This document shows positions 57,998 to 64,000 of a stretch of 64,000 bases of DNA, piece after piece. The position numbers and the translations under genes are program-made. Origin of the DNA: an uncultured Poribacteria bacterium (GTDB lineage: Bacteria; Poribacteria; WGA-4E; WGA-3G); NCBI GenBank assembly GCA_951813565.1, contig OX638351.1, positions 4,032,001 through 4,096,000 on the forward strand, in the 5' to 3' direction. The notes beneath the pieces were generated by a model. The model made no database searches. It saw only the letters and a program-made list of their open reading frames with translations, and was not told where the DNA came from. Numbering within the stretch: the first letter of the stretch is position 1; every line of letters begins with the position of its first letter.

Positions 57998-58668
57998 TTT
58001 TCCGATGAATCAGAATAGGTGCGCCAGATTGAATCTGCAAGTCGACTTCCGGCACCAACTAACCGTGCTAAAACGCCAATCTGTTCTTTACAAAATACAC
58101 TGTCAGTTGGTTCAGGATAGTTGACCAAGTGATCTATTTCGCCCCAAACCTCCTCAAAAAGGGTTCTGATCTGAATTTCGCAAGAAACAGGTGAATCCTC
58201 TCTGGGCTTAATGACGTAGTGAATGCTGGTGTACAAACTCTCTTTCACGTCAACCTTTAAATCATGAGAGGCAAAAAAATCTTGTGATTCCGGGTCCCAA
58301 GTATAGGCTTTCGGTTGTTCATAAAGTATCCAATCCTGGCTATCCAATTTTTGTCTTATTGCAGAATGAATCTGTGTGAATTGCGATTGACACAAATGCA
58401 GCACTCGAACACCAGCAATGTCAGTTATCCGATCAAAGATATTTTCTGGTGTGATTGGGTCTTCAGTTGACGATTTACGTTGTATTTTTTCACGAAGGTG
58501 TTCCAAATTCTTTATTCGACTTTTAACTGAATGAACGATTTGTGGTGGTTGGGTTAGTTTTGGATGCGTTTCAAAAAAGCGAACTATGTTCGCGCGAAAA
58601 AGGTCTATATTGTGGTGTTCGCTTTTAACTCGCTCTATAATAGCTTCCATACTTGCTTCATCAACCAT
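57994..58668 (-). CDS. RelA/SpoT-domain protein (small alarmone synthetase-like)
   Basis: SRIK, DIAGVRV, YTSIHY and EIQIRT...W.EIDH...Y motifs; no hydrolase domain. Confidence 0.88.
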   Translation of the reverse strand: MVDEASMEAIIERVKSEHHNIDLFRANIVRFFETHPKLTQPPQIVHSVKSRIKNLEHLREKIQRKSSTEDPITPENIFDRITDIAGVRVLHLCQSQFTQIHSAIRQKLDSQDWILYEQPKAYTWDPESQDFFASHDLKVDVKESLYTSIHYVIKPREDSPVSCEIQIRTLFEEVWGEIDHLVNYPEPTDSVFCKEQIGVLARLVGAGSRLADSIWRTYSDSSEK

Positions 58669-59774
58669 CAATTGCCCTCCAGTTGCTCCAGCCGCGTCAA
58701 GAGGTCTTTGGCAAAAATATGGAAGCCTGTTTGGGTGCTTTTAAATCGTTGACTATTGCCTAAAATAGTACTCTTATCTTCTGTCTCCAAGTTTTCACAA
58801 CTCGGGACTTCCCACATAGGTGTTCTGTATTTTTGAGCCATATTCGGAAGCGTTGAAAAGGTGTGCATAACGGCCATTTCACCGATAGGCCTTTCTAACT
58901 GCACTTCGGTTAGATGCTTCCTATGGTCTTTATCTATATACTTTCGAATTGTCGCGGGAATTTGCTTAGCGTAGTTATAATGTGCTTTAGATAAATCCCA
59001 TTCGCTTGCTCCGGTATATTTCTTGGCATTGAAAATTGTGAACCCCAAAAAACTGACGAAATTCTTAGGGAAATGACTTAACTTTGCATCGGAGAGTAGT
59101 GTGAAGATCGTATTAAAATCACGCTTCCAACCCTTAAGGGATTTACCAATATTCTGTATGCCGTAAAGAGAAAACATATCTGGCATGCAAGGAATGAGAA
59201 ATCCATCTACAGTGGATATGATGACTTTATTAAGTATGCCAAGACTTGGTGATGTATCAATTACAACATAGTCATAGGCATAATTTTCTGCATACACTTC
59301 GCAAAAATTTCGGATTTGTGTTACAGTCCGAATTGCAAGTGGGTCCCCCCCATAAACATCGTTCCATCGACTCGCAATTTTGTCTTCATAAGTATGTATT
59401 GAAAGTCTACCTGGAATCATTCCCAAGTTATCGTGTAGATCAAGGGGTTTGGCAAGGGTTTTTGGTATATCTGTCCCATCCTCAGTAGGTTTTAAGAGAA
59501 AATGGATGGAACGCACATCCCGTGCGATATTCTCAAACTCACTAAGGGGTTTTTCATCACGCGCTTGAACAAAGTCATCTATAAATGCTTCCTCAACCTG
59601 CCAGATATTGTGTAATTGCTCTGGATCCAAGCCAAATAATGTCAGATTTGATTGCGGGTCTAAATCAACAAGAAGCGTTTTATAGCCCAACTCAGCGAGT
59701 GCATACCCAAGATGATAGGTCAAAGTTGTTTTACCGACACCTCCTTTATTGTTGAATACGGCAATTGACTTCAT
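58668..59774 (-). CDS. ParA/Soj-family ATPase (long, non-partitioning type)
   Basis: FNNKGGVGKTT, DLDPQSNLT, IDTSPSLG and P..PD.FS..G motifs; start re-called at 59774. Confidence 0.88.
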   Translation of the reverse strand: MKSIAVFNNKGGVGKTTLTYHLGYALAELGYKTLLVDLDPQSNLTLFGLDPEQLHNIWQVEEAFIDDFVQARDEKPLSEFENIARDVRSIHFLLKPTEDGTDIPKTLAKPLDLHDNLGMIPGRLSIHTYEDKIASRWNDVYGGDPLAIRTVTQIRNFCEVYAENYAYDYVVIDTSPSLGILNKVIISTVDGFLIPCMPDMFSLYGIQNIGKSLKGWKRDFNTIFTLLSDAKLSHFPKNFVSFLGFTIFNAKKYTGASEWDLSKAHYNYAKQIPATIRKYIDKDHRKHLTEVQLERPIGEMAVMHTFSTLPNMAQKYRTPMWEVPSCENLETEDKSTILGNSQRFKSTQTGFHIFAKDLLTRLEQLEGN

Positions 59775-60100
59775 GGCTGTTTCTCCTTCCAATGTGCTAA
59801 ATATTATTAGTTGGTCAAACAAGAACAAACGATACCCAACCAAGTTGGTAAGTCAACGCAGAACCCAACACGCCGACGCATCTTTCAAATGTTTGAGGGT
59901 ATTGATGTCCTATTGATAGAACAAAACGGTCATATACAACGCACTATCGTGAACATAACAGTGATAAAGTCTCAAATTATCAACATATTAGGTATAGAAG
60001 TCAAAAAAGTTTATTTTCCAGATCCGTAACTGCGGAATGTAGGATATATCTCTAAGTTGACACCTATGGGTAGAGCGAAGCAAAACCCACAATTAAACTC

Positions 60101-61717
60101 TTAATTTCCCCAAGCATAAGCAAACAAAAAAACAAAACGGTGTTGCTGCTCGGTTTCACCTATTGCATGTTCCGCGTTTTGGATATGTCGCCACGCATAG
60201 TTGACAGAACAATTCAATGCGGTAATCGGTCTATATTTCCAACCAATCCGAATTTCAGAAAGCCGTTCAACTATACCTGAAGGAAACGAAATGTTTTCAT
60301 AATCCTCACCGTAAAAACGGTCAGTAATATCTGCTTCCCCGTTTCGCTGATGACTAAAACGACTTTCGATTACTGCTGAAGGTGTTGCCTGATACGACAC
60401 GCGGAACGTGAATATATCCGCATCCGTGCCAATCGGATGTCCAATCATTGTGCCGAAATGTGTGAACTGATTGTCGGGGGCAAGATGTGTATACGCCCAC
60501 CGATTGACTTGGACGTATTCTGTGTGTATACCGAGTTGACGCTTCATAAGTTGTGGATACCATTTTATACCGGTAAGCCATGTAACCGCATGCGGGTCAT
60601 CGGTTTCTGGATTATACTGAAAATCATCTGCAACCCACTCTACATATAGACGAACACCATCAATCGGACGCACTGCCCCATCAAAACTAAACATGATGTT
60701 GTCATCTTTTTTAGCATTGTATTGAACCGCATAATATGGGATAACGGGATTAAGATAGTTCCACTCCACCGTTTGCACATCACCACCGTAAAGTACCCAT
60801 TCAGCCGCACCGATTTCAAGCCAATCGCTAAATTGATAGTCAAGTCGATGTGCGCTCAGATAACGTTTCGCGAGATAGCGCGTTGTGCCATCGTCAAACC
60901 ACGTTGAATTGAGTTGCGCAGAAAATGCTGTTGCTTTCAGCGTTCCTATTTTGCAAGGAAAAGTGCCTGTAAGTCGAATAAGTTCAAACGGTGGCGAGTT
61001 GTCCGAAATCCCAACAGATTTGCCAGGACTCGCTCCCCAAAACACAAAATCTCTGCCCACTAATAAGTCTAACGATGCATCTCCAAAAGGCATCAAATGG
61101 TATTGCAGATAACTCCTTTTGAAGTCCATAACATAATCGCCACGCCACTTTTCAAATCGTTGGTCGGCAGATTTTAGAAGTGGTGGCGGATCAGGCAGAA
61201 AAAAACTCTCTATAAAATCTGTACCTTGCTCAAAATTGGAGAATTCTAACTCAGAATGTACAGTTAGCCGATGCTTGTTGTTTCCGACAGCATAATGCAA
61301 TCCACTTTGAAGCGCAGGGGCAATTTTTTTATCTGCAAAACGTAGTTCTGGCTGAATCCGTATGTCAGTTTTTTGTTTTGTATGTGCTAATTCGAAGCGA
61401 AATTCACGTTTGAGTTTCTCTAATAGCTTCCTATCCATTGGAGAAACAGCGACTTCCCCCGCTTGGATTCGCGTTTCAGCACGTTGGATTATTTTTGCCA
61501 CATCGTCACGAGATAGCGGTAAAGAGTGCCGATGAAACCCACCCGTAATACCTGCCACCTCAAGTTTTGCGAGCGTTTCAATTACCCACCCGTCAAAGTT
61601 GAGCGGTATATTCGGCGCAGCATGAACTGAAGAAGAATTGAGTAGAAACAACAGGCAAATAGAGCATAGAAACAACGCGACTTTCTTACATGCTATGCTT
61701 AAAAACTGCGATTTCAT
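60101..61717 (-). CDS. Capsule assembly Wzi-family outer membrane protein
   Basis: Signal peptide; P.SR..V N-domain; GR....WG......SDN; HRL; YLNP; Y.H....GHP.G; terminal aromatic residue. Confidence 0.7.
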   Translation of the reverse strand: MKSQFLSIACKKVALFLCSICLLFLLNSSSVHAAPNIPLNFDGWVIETLAKLEVAGITGGFHRHSLPLSRDDVAKIIQRAETRIQAGEVAVSPMDRKLLEKLKREFRFELAHTKQKTDIRIQPELRFADKKIAPALQSGLHYAVGNNKHRLTVHSELEFSNFEQGTDFIESFFLPDPPPLLKSADQRFEKWRGDYVMDFKRSYLQYHLMPFGDASLDLLVGRDFVFWGASPGKSVGISDNSPPFELIRLTGTFPCKIGTLKATAFSAQLNSTWFDDGTTRYLAKRYLSAHRLDYQFSDWLEIGAAEWVLYGGDVQTVEWNYLNPVIPYYAVQYNAKKDDNIMFSFDGAVRPIDGVRLYVEWVADDFQYNPETDDPHAVTWLTGIKWYPQLMKRQLGIHTEYVQVNRWAYTHLAPDNQFTHFGTMIGHPIGTDADIFTFRVSYQATPSAVIESRFSHQRNGEADITDRFYGEDYENISFPSGIVERLSEIRIGWKYRPITALNCSVNYAWRHIQNAEHAIGETEQQHRFVFLFAYAWGN

Positions 61718-63819
61718 TCAGTTTCCATCTCCTCTACCATCCCATCAATTTTACGAAACTGCCAACGCCAGCGTGTATTGTATAGGAACTGCCGTAGGTC
61801 AAATCGGTTGTCATCAGGTGAATATGGTTCAGCATGGTATGCGGGTGTCAGTGTCGTCATCTTGTGTCGATTAATCGCATAGTAGCGGAAAAACCTTTTG
61901 ACCTTTTCTGCTACTTCAGTTGGCGGCAGATGATTCCATTCCTGAACCAGTTTTTCAAACATACTGACGGGACCACACCGATGCACTTTACGCAGCTGAC
62001 CAAAACGGCTTAGTTCGGCGTAAGTCATCCCCATGTCTTCCTCATCGGTTTGGGTATAGGTCTCTGTGATGGGTTCCAATTCTGCAGTCGGTGGTGCGTC
62101 CAAGATTGTGCCGAGACTCGGATAGCCGAGATGTTCTTTTGCCCAGTGAAGAAAACTGCGTAAATCCGTTTTACTAATACTACCAATCGGATTGATGTCG
62201 GCACTACTACAATCATATTTTGTGAGATAACCGCGCAGTGCTTCGTCAACGTTGCCAGTGCCTAATACGAGAAGCGTTCCACGTCTATTTCGAACCCACG
62301 GTAACGTCTGTGCAAAAAGATAACTGATGACCATCCGTAGCCGTGCCTGTATGTTTTGCAGTGCCTGATTTTCTATTGTGCTACCGCCTTCAGTTTTGAA
62401 CTGTGGCGTTTTGCCGGTGATACCGATAAACAGTTTTCGCAAAGTACCTACGAGAGACTCCATGTTGATGTCAAGATGATAACTTCCGATTTCACTTGCT
62501 AACTCTTTGGCGCGGTGCCGCGTTTCACGAGAACTGTTTGCTGTTCCCATATAGCACGTATAGAGCAGTTGATTGGCAAGATACTGCGCAGCGTGCCAAG
62601 GATCACTAAAATCTGTTTTGATTTTTTCAATACAATCTGCACCGAGTAGTCGTTCAGCATCTCTGATAACGTGCGGCATATCTCCGAGAATCCCTTTCGC
62701 AACGAGTTGACACATAGACCCGACCATCGTAGCAACAGCACCGCTATCCGAACCTCCCGAAAGCGGAACGAAAAACCCTGCTGCTTCGGAACGTCTCAGA
62801 TAATCCCACAGCCAACACGCAGGACCCAGAGCTATCTCTTCCTCTGGCGTGTGAATGTTGAGATCACCCTTTGGAACGGTGACAAGACGTTTTTCAGTAT
62901 CTGTGACTTTGAAATCGGCATAAATTTGCGGAATAGCAGTGCCACGACTCGCCTGTACTGCACCACTCATTCTTGAACCGCGATAGGAGCGGACATCCCG
63001 TAAATCCACAGTTGCTGTGACCACTTCGACATCACTGATAGAAAATTGTGACCCTTGCGCGAGAATGTGTCCGTTTTGTGCAATCGTTGCACAACCATCA
63101 AAATAAAGCCTACCACCATCACATCCCTGTTGATTAGCGTATAAGTAAACGCCTCCACACTTTTCAGTTGCATTTCGAATTAGCGACAGACGCGTATCAA
63201 GTTTGCGAAGTTCGTGATGCGAACCTGACCCGTTGGCGATTATCTCAACCCCGTTATATGCAAGGTCAATATGTGGCGAAAGCGGGGCAAACAACTCTTC
63301 ACAGGTTTCTGATGCCAAAACCGTGTCGTGTGTAACAATCACCGCACACCCAATTGGTACAGTTGAATTGGGCGTGATTTCAAGTGCCTCAGGAGGTAAT
63401 TGAAACGGTTCAGTCGTCCACCCTTTCTGCCACGCGGCGAACCAACGCGGTTCACGGTAGTTTCCCTCAGCAGCGAGAACCAATTTCGGACGAATTAGAA
63501 GTATCTTACCATCACACACAAACACACGGCAGTTATAACGCACGCTTTTGTGCATCACAGGCATGCCAATATCGCATAAGATGCCATCCGTATGTCCACC
63601 CATTATGATGCGTGAAAGAGACTCCCAACTGTGCCGTAACGTATCTTCTTCAAGGAAATGGTCTTCGCAAGAATACCCTGTTATCTCAAGTTCGGGACCA
63701 AGTCTATAGCGCGCACCTGCTGCTTTGGCAAGTTCTATTGACTCAATAATACGATCACAATTCCCCTCAAAGTCGAGCGCCCACTGATTCAAGTTGCATG
63801 TTGCAAGTGTTGCTTTCAT
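61714..63819 (-). CDS. nadE: Glutamine-dependent NAD+ synthetase, eukaryote-like
   Basis: Nitrilase domain (GPELE, RPK, ETCEEL) plus synthetase domain ([24 protein letters not shown]); start re-called at MKATLATC. Confidence 0.95.
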   Translation of the reverse strand: MKATLATCNLNQWALDFEGNCDRIIESIELAKAAGARYRLGPELEITGYSCEDHFLEEDTLRHSWESLSRIIMGGHTDGILCDIGMPVMHKSVRYNCRVFVCDGKILLIRPKLVLAAEGNYREPRWFAAWQKGWTTEPFQLPPEALEITPNSTVPIGCAVIVTHDTVLASETCEELFAPLSPHIDLAYNGVEIIANGSGSHHELRKLDTRLSLIRNATEKCGGVYLYANQQGCDGGRLYFDGCATIAQNGHILAQGSQFSISDVEVVTATVDLRDVRSYRGSRMSGAVQASRGTAIPQIYADFKVTDTEKRLVTVPKGDLNIHTPEEEIALGPACWLWDYLRRSEAAGFFVPLSGGSDSGAVATMVGSMCQLVAKGILGDMPHVIRDAERLLGADCIEKIKTDFSDPWHAAQYLANQLLYTCYMGTANSSRETRHRAKELASEIGSYHLDINMESLVGTLRKLFIGITGKTPQFKTEGGSTIENQALQNIQARLRMVISYLFAQTLPWVRNRRGTLLVLGTGNVDEALRGYLTKYDCSSADINPIGSISKTDLRSFLHWAKEHLGYPSLGTILDAPPTAELEPITETYTQTDEEDMGMTYAELSRFGQLRKVHRCGPVSMFEKLVQEWNHLPPTEVAEKVKRFFRYYAINRHKMTTLTPAYHAEPYSPDDNRFDLRQFLYNTRWRWQFRKIDGMVEEMETE

Positions 63820-63865
63820 ATTTAGTGTGTGATATGAGTAAAAAGGTGTTATTTGTAAAGACAGA

Positions 63866-63989
63866 AGCACCAGCGGTGCGAAATGTGTATAGGAAACGGT
63901 GTCATACCTTCTTGAGCACCAGCGGTGCGACAGGTGAGCCTTCTGTAAAACAAACTGTTAAGTGATATACCTTTCGCCCCTCTGGGGCT
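63866..63989. repeat. REP-like cluster (AGCACCAGCGGTGCGA twice plus an inverted variant), cut by the window end
   Basis: 16-bp direct copies at 63866 and 63915; TCGCCCCTCTGGGGCT near 63973 is an inverted variant. Confidence 0.55.
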
Positions 63990-64000
63990 CAGTCCTTTAG

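Noticed and set aside
59811..60029. 72-aa ORF upstream of parA
   Set aside because: No motifs or RBS; cannot be supported as a third component of the module.

Overview
Bacterial chromosomal window, most likely from Candidatus Poribacteria. This is an inference from the C-terminal 'KLATTWxxLK'-type tails, the 'QNFPNPFNPETWIPY' C-terminal domain and two PhyH genes. It carries about 45 mostly unlinked housekeeping and metabolic genes, including sodA, cimA, dacB, selA, an AddA-like helicase, ruvX-mltG-lpxC/fabZ-lpxA, a Wzi-like gene and nadE. It also carries three dead IS elements (IS701, ISKra4 and IS630 families), a decaying MTase+HNH restriction-modification pair and a coupled ParA + RelA/SpoT-domain pair. 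The most unusual signal is intergenic: a nested set of GTAG-type REP hairpins and at least eight MITE families, for which ends, target duplications and often empty sites can be read directly. These include (i) a MITE that duplicates a 19-21-bp hairpin segment of whichever REP it hits, (ii) 34-35-nt 'YRAATCAAC-hairpin' modules that insert without target duplication and stack into short tandem arrays, (iii) a MITE inserted in frame into a signal peptide and (iv) one inserted into a stop codon. Also notable are a strongly eukaryote-like NAD+ synthetase and a degenerate CRISPR-repeat pair with no cas genes. All product calls rest on motif recognition only; no searches were run.
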